Positions 12,710 to 25,565 of a stretch of DNA of 64,000 nt are shown here, in pieces. The stretch covers positions 1,054,001 through 1,118,000 of the forward strand of contig NW_026262695.1 of assembly GCF_021869535.1 (NCBI RefSeq). The letters run 5' to 3'. Both the position numbers and the translations under genes were made by a program. The stretch's first letter is position 1. Each line of letters begins with the position of its first letter. Below the pieces are notes generated by a model. It saw nothing but the letters and a program-made list of their open reading frames with translations. It had not been told where the DNA came from and did not search any database. The stretch comes from Mytilus californianus. Lineage: Eukaryota.

Positions 12710-12957
12710 AAAGTTGTACATGTTCAGCGAGCGGCGATCCGCATTACAGATCTTTCGACGGACAAGGATTACATTTCATGGGAACATGTAAATATACTTT
12801 GTCTCAATATGTTAACCCAAGCAGTACATGCAGATTTCATGTTCAAGTCAAGAATGAAAACAGAGGAAATAAACGAGTCTCATACATGTATACAAGATCT
12901 GTTCATGTAGTCGTCAGAAAGACGAAGATTGACTTGTTAAAGAATAGAGCTGTCAAG
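12710..12957 (+). CDS. Gene 1 exon: VWD domain 1, N-terminal half (GDPH motif)
   Basis: cgccag|SCTCSASGDPHYRSFDGQGLHFMGTCKYTL..KNENRGNKRVSY..LLKNRAVK|gtaaaa, phase 1-0. FCGBP/zonadhesin-type VWD. Confidence 0.93.
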
Positions 12958-13443
12958 GTAAAATCTCAAAATTTAGTATTGATATGATAAGCTTTGAAGA
13001 AAAGAGCCAAAAGATACCAAAGGGATATTCAAATTCATGAATCGAAAATAAACTGACAATGCCATGGCAAAAAAAACCCAAAAAACGATCAAAAGACAGG
13101 AGGATCTTTAATTAAAATATCAGAGAAAAGATAAGAAATGAGTAAATAGACACTCTCATGAAAAGAGGCGGAAGATACGAAAGAAACATTGAAGATAAAC
13201 TAACAACATCATAAAAAAATACGAAAGTCGACAGAAAAGACAAGCAAGTTCACACATGACTATAATCAGTACATGATGAAAATAACTATGATTCATGCAT
13301 GTTAAAAAAAAACCAACATATTAGCCGAATTTAAACAGTAACATTCTCATTATATCTGAGACTCTGTGAACTTTAAACACGGCGAAAGATAGAAAAAAGG
13401 GACAATCAACATTAATATCGAAGGGAAACCGACAGAAGCCATG

Positions 13444-13478
<35 letters not shown>

Positions 13479-15226
13479 GACGAATACTCAAACAAGTCTG
13501 CATAAAACTACAAAACTGACAAACTGACCACCACGATCTCTCAAAACCCGGGTTACTCCCACGTGCTCAGTAAGGGCCAGTTGGTCCTGTTAAAGGTGTG
13601 GTACCCATCGTTTTAAATGCTTAAATAAATGAATAAATCCTTTCACAACAATCCTTGACAATCAAGAATAATGCAGCCTTCTAGAGTTATAAACCTTGAC
13701 TGAACCGAGCTATAAATATATTGAATCGATATTGGTTGAGTTATAAATGTACTATCAATCTGAATGTGACTGCTTATTTATACATCTCAAGGAGCCAATC
13801 CTCTTTGTAAGAGTAGTTGTAAGTTCCAACTAGATCACAATCATATAAGATTTGACTGTTTATTCTTACCTAAAAAAAAACAAAGATCCCCCTTGAAAGA
13901 GTAGTCGTAGGGTAATTTACAATATTCATTTCTGATTACATTATAAATGTCTGAAGCAAAACTTTGATTTTTTTCCTCACGTTTTCGTAGAATTTAACAT
14001 ACAATCGGTCAAAAAACTTTATACATCAATCATTTTATCAGCTTTTTGTGGAATGTTCAAAACTTAAACAGGGGCTTCTTTAATATTACGAAATGACATG
14101 TAAAGACAACAGATCGACTTAAAAAAAAAGATTTTGCATTTTGTTGATGAATGAACTAAGTGTTAGGCAGTCAACATTACATGTTTACGCTTACATCACC
14201 AATAGCAGCCTGTTCTGTTGAACCATTTTGGAATGTTTTATTTTAATAAACACAGCTGTGAGCTTATATTATTTGCCTTATTTCTCATTTAGGTCTTTTT
14301 CTCAATGTCATCTAGTATTTCTTATGAAAACTCACATCTACGTTTTATGTGAATCTTGGTATAAAATGATAAACGATATATATGCTATTATGAATGAAAA
14401 ACCGCTGTTGATATTCAAAAAGCAAACTCATATTCCTAAATTCCATCAACATTTTATAACAATGAAGACAGAGCTTGTTTTTGATGAAAAAGCATTTAAA
14501 AAGAAAGGATATTTATTTGACTGAATTGGTTTGGAAATTTGGAAATTAATGATTAATTACAGAATAGCCATTTAAGTATTATTGCCTTACAAATCTTTTG
14601 TTGTAAATTGTATACATATTTCATTTCTTAAACCAAACTCAAACAACTCAAAAACAGTCCATTGGTACTACATGCATATACTTTGTAAAAATAGAACCCC
14701 TAACAAGAACGAAAATAACTTTTTGTAATCTCAATTTTTAGTATCATGATGCTTTATGGTATACAATGAGTTAAAACAGGACTGACCTAGAACAAACTAA
14801 ATGAAAAGACGTTGTCACTCCTTCAATCAGTAATACAGTACTATGATCATATACACATATGAATAATTACATTACATGTATGTTTCACGAGAATTCGCTG
14901 GTTTGATTGGCTAACATCAATCGTGCGACATTCAAAAATTTACCTTCATATCAAAATGAATGTTACATTTGTGATGAAACGTGCTTCCACAAAAAAGTGC
15001 ACAGGTAAATAAAAGAAAAACTTGATAAACATTTTTTTTTCATGAGCATAAAAGTGTAATTTTATTGGGGTGTAAAAGTGATGATCGTTCACACATTTTC
15101 AGAATGAAGCATTTCCACGCTTCATACAAAATGTGCTTCAGTAAACACTTTTACACACCAATGAAATTACAAAAAGAAACATTCATTTCTTAATTGTTTT
15201 TTTCAAGTTGTTCTGTTCATTTGTAG

Positions 15227-15522
15227 GTGGATGGAATTAAAAGATATCTACCATATAAAACTGGATATTTCAGTATCATAAATTCAGGACGCTATGTGAG
15301 ACTAAAAACTACATGTAACGTCTTAATTACATGGGACGGGAAAAGCGCAGTAACTATATCGGTACCGAGTCATTTCAGGCAAAATTTAATTGGCTTGTGT
15401 GGAAATTGTAATGGCATTAAAGATGATTTTATAACAAAAGATGGTTTGGACGTGCGCACAAAACCGGACAAGTTTAAGCTTATTGGTGAAAGTTACCTGA
15501 TTCGAGAAGGCAATAGCGAAAA
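15227..15522 (+). CDS. Gene 1 exon: VWD domain 1, C-terminal half
   Basis: ttgtag|VDGIKRYLP..LITWDGKSAVTISVP..GLCGNCNGIKDDF..|gtaagc, phase 0-2. Confidence 0.93.
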
Positions 15523-16389
15523 GTAAGCGTTCAACACGTACAGTTATACATAATAGGTATTTGGGCTATAGTCAATATCAATACAAAAAAAAAAACATAA
15601 AAAAATTAATTCAGAACTTAATACAATAGCACGAAACAATACTGAATATCTTTACAGAATGATACCGCCCAATCGCTCTCAACCAAGATAAAGAATTTTG
15701 GAAAAAAGTTTTATATTTGGTCATGATAAGTGCTTTGTAATTGAATAGTTTTTCACAATGATGAAAGAATGAACAAAATGAAAAAAAAAATACATGATCT
15801 CAAAACATTTTGCGTGATCAAAAGGATTGGAAACTGGATTTTTTTTTTCTTATTTTGTTTCTGCGTCCTTTTCTTCTTCTGTTCTTTTTGGCCATATTGT
15901 TTGGTCATTGACGTTTATACCATTGCGTATTACATGAATAGTTAATCATCAGAATAGATCATGGGGAATTTTAATATATTGATAGGATTAAGTGTATCAA
16001 TATTAAATTGTTGATTACTGAACGCTATTTGGCATAAAAGTGACAGGTTAATCTAGCTATAAAACCAGGTTTAATTAATCGTTTTCTACATAGGAAAATG
16101 CCAAGTCAGGAATATGACAGTTGTTTTCCATTCGTTTAATGTAATTGAGCTTTTAATTTTTCCATTTGAGAATGCACTTTTCGTTTTGAATTTTCCTTGG
16201 AGTTATTGGGGTATTTTTGTTATTACTTTTTTTGTATTGATATTTTGTCATTAATTTATATTTAACTTAAAAAACTATTAGCAAACAAATAACAGACATT
16301 TTCCCAAATAAACAAGTGCCGGATTGTACTAAAGCATGATCAAAATTTATAAATAGTTTGTCGACATGATTTTTCGAAACTCAATTCAG

Positions 16390-16685
16390 GTGTGGCGTGA
16401 CAACCCCACCGGATCCTTGTACGTCAGCACTGAGAAACAAAGCAAATGGAAACTCCGCCTGTGGCCAGTTAAATCCAGCTAACCCAAGCAGCCCGTTCAA
16501 AGACTGCTCACAAGAAGACGCGGCATTAGTTCAAGACATATATGACACTTGTGTTTATGACTACTGTGCATACAGTGATCAACCAGATATATTAAATACA
16601 ATTGTTTGCGAAGCTGCTGAAGGCCTAGAAGAAAGATGTGAAAACATGGGTGTTGATATATCATGGAGAACAAAACAATTTTGTC
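16390..16685 (+). CDS. Gene 1 exon: C8 domain 1
   Basis: attcag|CGVTTPPDPC..CGQLNPANPSSPFKDC..YDTCVYDYC..VCEAAEGLEERC..WRTKQFC|gtaagt, phase 2-1. Confidence 0.93.
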
Positions 16686-17571
16686 GTAAGTGTTCTGTTC
16701 CAAATTTATTTCTAGTATAAACGATCAATCATCCTTTTAGAATTTACTTTTTAAGAAGTTTAATGTTGAGTTCGTCACTATGGCTATGCCAAAATATGAA
16801 TTATGTACAAAAAATGAATTTTGATAACGATGTTTTAATCGATTATCGGAAGTGAAAATATAACGCGAAAAACACATCGTTGCGAATATATGAAACTTTT
16901 GTCTTCTCTTAAATGAAAATAACTACAATTAACAAACAAAAAATGGAAAAAATAAATAGCCTATAACTCTGTTAGTACTGTGTTTTTATGTGAAAATAGA
17001 TTGGTTGACATAATTTACTGTTAAAAAAGAAATCCTCTTCGATTTAGAAAACTTCTCAATGTGACTTAAACAATATTTCCAATAATCCATGTTTTTATTT
17101 ATCTTGTTATTATTCAAACGATAACGATATAAAATTGCATTTTGATCCACGGAAACTAACTTTTTACTACATGTTTGTTGGTTTTAACCTTATTAACATA
17201 TCAGAATGCTTATGTATATTCTTTAAAAAATCTATTAAACTTCAGGACGAAATTTGCAGGATTTTGAGGGAAACGCGTAGCTCCAACTGAAAAAGATGTA
17301 GTGTATATTGCGCAGATTGTTCTTGCATTTTCATATACACTTTCAGACACAACCACTTTCGTGTAGTTCAATTACAAATGAAAATTCAAAAATTCACAAA
17401 TATTCATACTATGTATGTAAATACCAAGATGTATCTAATTTTGAATGAAAAGTTGTGCAGTCTACACATGTCACAACTCCCCCAGCTCCGTTTGATTCAA
17501 TGGAATCTATAAATATTGACATGGCATGCATTATATCTGAAATTACAACTACATTTATTTATTTTGAATAG

Positions 17572-17774
17572 CTTTTATATGTGAAGACAATATGGAATAC
17601 AGTAGTGCTATAAGTGGATGCCCAGCCACGTGCGTTGATCTACATGCCCCCAAAACATGCAAACTACCCCCATCAGAAGGATGTCAGTGTAAAGAAGGAT
17701 TTGTACTCAGTGACAACAAATGTATACTGATAGCTCAGTGTGGTTGCAGGCTACCTACCGGTGAATACTATCCA
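17572..17774 (+). CDS. Gene 1 exon: TIL domain 1
   Basis: gaatag|FICEDNMEYSSAISGCPATCVD..CKLPPSEGCQCKEGFVLSDNKCILIAQCGC..GEYYP|gttagt, phase 1-0. Confidence 0.93.
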
Positions 17775-17914
17775 GTTAGTTATTAAACTTTAAAACACAT
17801 AAAGATATTAAGCTTATAATTTGGAAAGCAAGACGCGCGAGTCATGCTCATCAGACTCATTACTGGCGCTGAAACAAAAACCTAAATAGTGTGCTAAAAC
17901 AATTCAAGTCTTAA

Positions 17915-18338
17915 GGATGTACTAAGGTCAGGTTTAGGAATTTGTGTCAGATTTTCGGACTCCTTGGTTTTTTTCCTACGATGCTGGGTAAAATATTTTG
18001 CCCCATAACACCCATTTTTCTTTTCATATAAGACTTCAATAGCTTATAAAAGGTCATTTACCAAAATTTAAGCCGATTCTAGAATTCTTTTCTTTCGATT
18101 TGAGACCCAAATAACACCAATGCAAATATAAGGTAAAAGTCCGAGACAGCCTTTTCCCGCCATATAAAAAAAATTAAATATCTCGAAAAGGAGTTCCATA
18201 ACCTATCAATATTGTTAACTTATTTTGTTCCTTAACTAATGCTCTTTCGACTAATAATATCAATTTTAAATTCTAGATTTTTTTAATTTCAATATTTTTT
18301 TATTTTTTTTAATTTTTCAAATTTTAAAAAGTACATCC
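17915..18338. mobile_element. Non-autonomous TTAA-flanked MITE, Kolobok-like (family A, copy 1)
   Basis: TTAA|GGATGTACT...AGTACATCC|TTAA; internal sequence is collinear with 31354-31745. Confidence 0.75.
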
Positions 18339-18629
18339 TTAAGTGTATTGAATAATTCAACATTTCAAAATAAGATATGTATTCATATTATTTCAATGGA
18401 AAGATTTGTTACTCTCATTTCGGTTTTTGAAGGCGACCATATATGCATCTTATTTTTGTTTTATGGTTGTACACCGTTTAGTTTAATACTCTAAACAACG
18501 ATTAAATCGATTCAAGAACGATATATAAAAGAAGCTGGACATTGACTATCTTTAATTGAAATTCGAAACTCATTTGCTTGATACTTCCATATTCAGCTGT
18601 AAAATACAATTTTGTCTTTTTGCAATTAG

Positions 18630-18822
18630 ATTGATACAGAAATTACATCTAGAGATTGTAGGACGGTGTCCAGATGCGTTGCCACAAAATCGGGTTACGC
18701 AAAAATACAAGTCATTAGACGGCAAAAATGTCACAGTAATGCACAATGTAAATTACTCAATGGCGTTTATGATTGTGCTTGCGAAGAGGGTTTCAAAGGA
18801 GATGGAGTCAAACAATGCAAAG
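18630..18822 (+). CDS. Gene 1 exon: post-TIL segment plus EGF-like domain
   Basis: aattag|IDTEITSRDCRTVSRC..QKCHSNAQCKLLNGVYDCACEEGFKGDGVKQCK|gtattg, phase 0-1. Confidence 0.9.
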
Positions 18823-19732
18823 GTATTGACACCTTTTATGTCTACATAGACGTATTAATCCTTATATACAAATGTGTTTTGCATTACTTATAATTGCATT
18901 AGTTCAGGCAAATTATTGCATCACAATTTAAAACATTTGAGATCATCATTTAAAATTGACTGTTGAATGAAGTCAAAAGGTTATTAGGTGACAAAATACT
19001 AAAAGTGTAAATACGTTCATAGTTGTGTGGTTTTACCTTCGTAGTGTTCAGGAATAAAGATAATGTGAAGTTAAGGATAAAATATGGATATGCTATGAAA
19101 AGTAAATATATTAATCATCGCAATATACATTTTTTTCCTAAACGCAATCTGTTGATGCAAAGCAAAATTTGGTTCATTTTTGTTTTTTCTGGTTTTAAAA
19201 AGCTGCAAACTGTATTTATTTTCCTTTGTGATCATGTTTTTTTCCGGTTTGTCATGTTTTTCTTTATTCTGAAACGATTATGATATTCCACTCCCAGCAT
19301 ATATTGAACAAACGTTTTGACTAACGACAGACGACATCTGCTAAACTTGTATCACTTAAATATCGTAACGTGATTGTGGCTGGACATTTTGTCTTTGAAC
19401 CATTTCTGACTAGAAAAAAGTATAACAAAAAAACTGAACTCCATGGTAAATCTAAAAACAGGAAGCCCATAAGAACTGAAGAAATCAAACGTCATCAACT
19501 AACGAAATGAGTGAAAAAGACCTCTCATTTTCCTGACTTGTCCGAGGAAAATAGTGGGTTTAACCTGTTTTTTTTAGCTCGTTTAAACCAAACAGACACA
19601 ACGACAATAAATAATATATAAAGTTTTTTTTCTTCTAATTATTTAATGAAAAAAAAAAACAAATAAAAAAGTATCCATGTTCTCGTGATTTATACTTTGT
19701 TTATCAAAATAATACAAAAATGGTATTCAAAG

Positions 19733-20026
19733 GTAAGCCACAACCTGGTACAGAAAAAGTGATATGTGAGGGCTTTAAAAGTAAAATTACATGTCCATGG
19801 AAGAAAACAATAAGAATTTTGGAAGCAACATATGGAAGAACTGAAATGGGCAAATGTAGAAGTTCAAATGTGAAAACGACATCATGTTCATCTGACAAAC
19901 CACTTCCTATAATAAGAAAACATTGTGATGGAATGAAATCATGCATGGTATCAGCAAATAACGGCCTGTACGGTGATCCTTGTGTAGGCACATACAAATA
20001 CGTTACTGTTCGATACGTCTGCGAAG
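19733..20026 (+). CDS. Gene 1 exon: intact SUEL (galactose/rhamnose-binding) lectin domain
   Basis: VICEG..ITC..ATYGR..C..C..HCDGMKSC..NGLYGDPCVGTYKYVTVRYVC with 8 Cys and the YGR, DPC and KY motifs; 294 nt, phase 1-1. Confidence 0.92.
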
Positions 20027-20479
20027 GTATTTCTTAAACTGTTTAGAATGCACCTAGTCACAATTATGTGGTAATGGTACTTCACATCGTTTAATATGTA
20101 TATTTATTTTAGTCTTTTTACTTACAAAAAGGGCTAAAGATAGCAGGGGATTTTAACAACTCGAGGATGGACAGTAATTGATTCTCAAAGCACACATTTT
20201 ATTAATACATTTGTGAGTCCAAATTTTACATGTTTAGCTTTGGATAAGTGTTGAAGGTGATTACAGCGTAAACGTTCTGTATGCAATGAATTAAAACAGA
20301 CTCGTCAAAAAATTGATTTTTTCAAACGAGATTAAATCAACATATACTATAGAATTAATTTACAACCATAAAAATGCCGAGTTCTAAGGAAATTTTATAC
20401 AAAACATTTATTGGTATTTTTTTCATATGCTGACAAATACATCATAAGTTTACTATTAGTATCAGTTAAATGACCTTTG

Positions 20480-20712
20480 TTAGTCTTGTATGTTTTTTTA
20501 ATTTTAGTTTATTTAATATATGTTTTGGAGTTTAGTATGACGTCCATTTTCACTGAACTAGTACACATTTGTATCTACATGTAGGGGCCAGCTGAAGCCC
20601 GCCTCCGGTTGCGGGATTTTCTCGCTGTGTTGAAGATCCATCGCCTGTTTTCTGCTCTTTGGTCGGGTTGTAGTCTCTTTGACATTACCTATTTCCATTC
20701 TCAATTTTATAT
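20480..20712 (+). repeat. Dispersed repeat, related to 62040-62330
   Basis: Shared gtttagtatgacgtcc..gaactagtacac..ggggccagctgaag..ctcc block. Confidence 0.55.
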
Positions 20713-20765
20713 TATATACGTAATGAATCGGTATAGCTATTGATAAGAACTTATGTTTTCTTTAG

Positions 20766-20876
20766 AAACAGGACCCGAGTGTGGATCAAGCGTTTGTCAT
20801 CCAGAAGCAAAATGTCACAATGGTCGATGTGTATGCAAAATAGAGTTTGTCGGAGACGGTGTAAATAGCTGCATAG
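20766..20876 (+). CDS. Gene 1 exon: EGF-like domain
   Basis: ctttag|TGPECGSSVCHPEAKCHNGRCVCKIEFVGDGVNSCI|gtatta, 111 nt, phase 1-1. Confidence 0.9.
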
Positions 20877-21682
20877 GTATTATGTTATATGTTTAGTAGA
20901 ATAGATCGTCAAGGAAATATACAATCTACGTACAGAGCTTGTTTCCTTTCCGTATACTCAGTACACTACAATACAATGACATATTAAGTGTAGTGATACG
21001 AAGTAAGTACGGAACGGATGTGAGCTCTGCGCCGGAGATTGGGAAATATACTAGCTAATTTTGCATGGGAACGAACCAAATGGTCAAGATGTTTGAGTAC
21101 TTAACCTTTTATTCTTCTTTTCGGCCTTAACTGTTAAAAAGTCTGTAAGTTCATATAAATACAACATTTTCATTGTAACAAAGATGGAAATAAAAGATGA
21201 AGGGTATAGATCAAACTTTCAAGATATTCAAGAAACAGTTATGCTGACCACCTTTCCTTAAAGTTGTGTTAAATATATTTTTCTTGACCCACTTCTTATT
21301 TCATTATTAAAATGTAAAAAGAAATCATTTTTATTTTAAAACTTGTTTAAATGCACACATTTATAATACCGTAAATACAATTTGGCAATATGTTGATGAT
21401 ATGATTGTAATTATAATATTCTATGATGAATGTTTTGATTATGAAAAATGTGATTGGACCTATATTAAGGTATAGATTCCACAGATAACACGACCTTTTA
21501 ATTATAAGCATGACATTTTACTTTGCATTCCAAATTTTGATCACAAGCATGCGTTTAAACCATCAACATCTATCGTGCGTACTTAACTAATTATCAATGA
21601 ATTCATTTGTGTTGTGTTTATGGTAGCAAAGGTAATGGAATAACTGAAGATGTTTTTTTTAATTTATTGTATTTCACTACAG

Positions 21683-21927
21683 AGACATGCACCTGTGTTG
21701 CTAGTGGAGATCAACATGTTAAAAGTTTTGATGGACAAGCCATTCACTTTATGAGAATATGTACCTATACCATGATCAAATCAACATCCATTGATAAATG
21801 TGGTGGTTTTGAAGTTCAAGTGCAAACTAAAGACCGTGGTTCAAACACAAGAGTCTCATATACACAATATGTTTTGGTCAAGTTAGCAGATGCTACAATT
21901 CGGCTAGATAAAAATAACATCGTTTTT
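21683..21927 (+). CDS. Gene 1 exon: VWD domain 2, N-terminal half (GDQH variant)
   Basis: ctacag|TCTCVASGDQHVKSFDGQAIHF..RVSYTQYV..LDKNNIVF|gtaagt, phase 1-0. Confidence 0.92.
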
Positions 21928-22840
21928 GTAAGTAACTGATTGTAGGTCGATAATCTGTTTTTCGCTATTTTACCTATGAAGACATTGTTAATTTCCTTGA
22001 CAACGGCACGTGTTCCCTTAGTTTCTAGCGATAATATTCATATCACTCAACTCCGTTTTCATATCACTCGACGCCGCTGAGAACGGAAATTATCAGTCAG
22101 CAAGATCAAAGGAAAAATTCTTTTTTCGATCATGAAAATGTTAAGTTTTGTTATTCAGGTACATATCTTATAACTCAACAGAATAGGTCTATTAATGGTA
22201 AATTGTACAATAACTAGAATAAAATTATCCGTTACATATTGTGTTTATTTTTCAAAACAATACGGTCGAGCGAAACTTGTGTGACGCATAGAAAAACACG
22301 TACACTACTGTATATCCCGTCAAATTCGAAAATACAAAGTGATATACTCTATATACTGATATAAAATTAAGAAGATGAGAAATGATTGCCAATGAGACAC
22401 ACATCCAGCAGGAATCAGTTGGCGTAGACGTTATTATACGGTAATGAATTTTAAAAGATTAAATAATGATTAAATGTATTTACTTTAAAACAACTGCTAG
22501 AAGCATCATCGTTCTGATATACATATTCATTTTTGAAATTGCCATTTAATAAAAGACTTTCTGTTTTTGGATAATCCATGGAGTTCCGTATATTTGTTAT
22601 TTTATTTCTTCGTAAGAAAAACGTTTATAAACGCTTTCAATATATGAAAAATACTAAAAATCAGCTAATGATCAATATTTCAGTCGCAGTATCAGTAGTA
22701 ATTACATGTTTTTTTTTCACCTGTTGCTAAATGATTCTTTCATTTTCATTTGTACATGTTGTACGCCTGTAAATATATTTTGTGCTAGTCTTTCGCAATC
22801 AATATGTTTATAATGGTATAATGTGTCTGTTTATCATAAG

Positions 22841-23145
22841 GTTAATGACGTTCAAGTTTATACTCCCTATTCTTGTACAAACTTTGAAATTACGACTTCT
22901 GGTAGATATGTACGGCTACAAACAAAATGCAACATATTGATAACATGGAATGGTGTCGGTACCGTGGCAGTATCCGTTCCAAAGACATATGCGGGAATTG
23001 TAACTGGTATTTGTGGTGATTGCAACGGAAAGAAAGACGATTTCAGAACAGCAACAGGTGAGGATGTTAGTCTAAAGAAAGACAAATTCGAGCTAATTGG
23101 AAAGAGCTACACAGTTCCAGGAATCTATGAAACACAGGATAACAA
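22841..23145 (+). CDS. Gene 1 exon: VWD domain 2, C-terminal half
   Basis: cataag|VNDVQVYTP..LITWNG..GICGDCNGKKDDF..|gtaagc, phase 0-2. Confidence 0.92.
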
Positions 23146-23252
23146 GTAAGCCAATCCCAAACTTACAATTTAAATTTTGCAAAGTTCCCCGTACTGGTGT
23201 AAAGGTGAAAAGTTAATGCAACTTATCCATTTTTGTAAAAGCTCTCTTTTAA

Positions 23253-24017
23253 GGATGTAGTCTTCTGAGGTTTCAGTCTCGTTGAAATCTCGTTCGGGAA
23301 TTATTTCCAAAACATGTGATACAAGTGGAATATATCAATGAATATAAAAAATATTATAATCAAACTAAACTGTGTGAACAAATTGTGTACTTACAATAAG
23401 TAGTTTTTGATTTTCAAAATTTCAAATTTTTTAACCAATCTGGTAAGTGTCATCAGCCAAAATGTTGCGAAAATATGTGAGGGTAAAAACAAATGAGTTT
23501 TACCAAAGATATGTACATCCCATATAAATGTTTCTTTAACAAACTCTTAGATATGTATTTTTGTTAATCATTTAAAACAAAGAAGTTGAAATAATATGCC
23601 TTTTGTTGTAAAAAAAAAGAGCAAAATCCGAAATTTACAAAATTGACAGCATGGTCAATTTGACACGAAAAAGCAACAAAATAGTATAAAACTTTCTAAT
23701 ATAAACACCAACCTATAATTTGTTTTAAGTTAAATTTATTCAGATTGGGCCACTTCATCTTTAGTGAAAGTATGAAAAAAAGTTTAATTGTGAAATTGTA
23801 ATTTTTTTCATGACAATAGCACAAAAATGGGTACAAATTGATGAAAAATGGAAAAATCATAAAAAATGGGTACTTTCAAGTGGCCTTAGCAAAAAAAGGA
23901 AGTGCACCACCATATACTTTTTTCTTCATCGGTTACTTTCTTACAGTCATATAAACATCAGACTAAGAAAAAAAAGTTTAATTCTAGAAATGTTTGGCTC
24001 CTCAGAAGTTTACATCC
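23253..24017. mobile_element. TTAA-flanked MITE sharing GGATGTA termini with family A but with a different interior
   Basis: TTAA|GGATGTAG...TTACATCC|TTAA. Confidence 0.65.
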
Positions 24018-24613
24018 TTAATAAGTTATAATGTTATTTATCTGCTATTGAGGTAAACATTAAAATATACACTTTATTAATAAGATTGATATAAAGAAAA
24101 GAGAGCAAAAAAACATAGGAGTCATTTAAAAGTCATTAGTTAAATTAAAACCGACAATGCCATGGTAAAATTATAAATGACAAAAGGACAAACAACATTA
24201 AAAAAACATTACATGAAAGACAAAAGACATACCGTCCAGGCTAAAGGTAACTTATATATATATTATATTGACAAGTAGCTAAGTGGTTCTAGTAAATGTG
24301 ATTTAAATGTGCTTGGATTCATTACAAACTATTGCTAACAAACAATTCAAACCTGTTATGTGTCCTTTTGTTACTTATCATTTGATTTAATTGGATATTA
24401 TATGTAATAGATACTCTCATTGAATAGGAAGTAAACAAAAGAATATGGGTTGTCTTTTCCTTGCTCTTCATTAACAGAGATTCACCAAACAAACAACATA
24501 ACTTACCTAAAATGCTTAAAACTTTCAAATAGATAAACTGTCTTTGCTTGATTGTAATGTGTCATATTATCATTAGCTGGACATATATGTTTAATTCTCA
24601 TGTTACTTGTTAA

Positions 24614-25074
24614 GGTATAAAACCACTAATTCATAGCCCCATTGCTTTCTATGTTAAATTCTGCAATATCAAGCATTAATGGCTACTTTGTCTTAATTTA
24701 AAATAAAATTGCAGTCATTTCATTTCAAAACTATACCTTATCCTGACGTTTCAACATACCTTTAATTGCATATTACAGTGTACTGGTTGCCAGAAGTTTG
24801 ATAATACAAAAACCGGTACTTCTGATCTGAACAACAGAGAAAATGTGCCCTTCTAGTATAATACTATATACTTCTTTGTAATTAAAAAAAAAAAACTTTC
24901 AACAAAGGTTCTACAGTAATCCCAAGTCCCCTAGCTTTCATTTGATACCAAAACTACCAAAATATTTCACCTATTGACACAGATACAGCTTTGCATAGGA
25001 ACTATTTTGTTTAAAATATGTACTACTTTCTTGTATGTTCTTTCCGACCGGGCCTGAATTAGTGGTTCTATACC
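24614..25074. mobile_element. MITE family B (about 460 bp); other copies at about 3086-3560 and 26306-26772
   Basis: Terminal inverted repeat ggtataaaaccactaattca / tgaattagtggttctatacc, with TTAA on the left flank; three collinear copies in the window. Confidence 0.7.
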
Positions 25075-25086
25075 TATAACAGCACC

Positions 25087-25565
25087 AAACTTGTTATATT
25101 GACTACTGCCTTACTTAATTTCCTTCTATGATCTATTGCTAGCATAGAAAAACACATAAAGCTTTTGTCTTAAGTTCAGAAAATATCACTATATCAATGA
25201 ATTCAAACGTGATATATTGACTACTGCTTTACTTAATTTCCTTCTATGATCTATTGCTAGCATAGAAAAACACATAAAGCTTTTGTCTTAAGTTCAATGA
25301 ATATTACTATATCAATGAATTCAAACATGTTATAGTGACTACTGCTTTACTTAATTTCCTTCTATGATCTATTGCTAGCATAGAAAAACACATAAAGCTT
25401 TTGTCTTAAGTTCAATGAATATCACTATATCAATGAATTCAAACTTGCTATATTGACTACTGCTTTACTTAATTTCCTTCTATGATCTATTGCTAGCATA
25501 GAAAAACACATAAAGCTTTTGTCTTAAGTTCAATGAATATCACTTTATCAATGAATCCAAGCTCA
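25087..25565. repeat. Tandem repeat, 118-bp unit x4
   Basis: gactactg recurs at 25101, 25219, 25337 and 25455 with near-identical units. Confidence 0.9.

Noticed and set aside
25087-25565. 118-bp repeats as a CRISPR-like array
   Set aside because: The units are contiguous and near-identical with no unique spacers, and the context is a eukaryotic intron.
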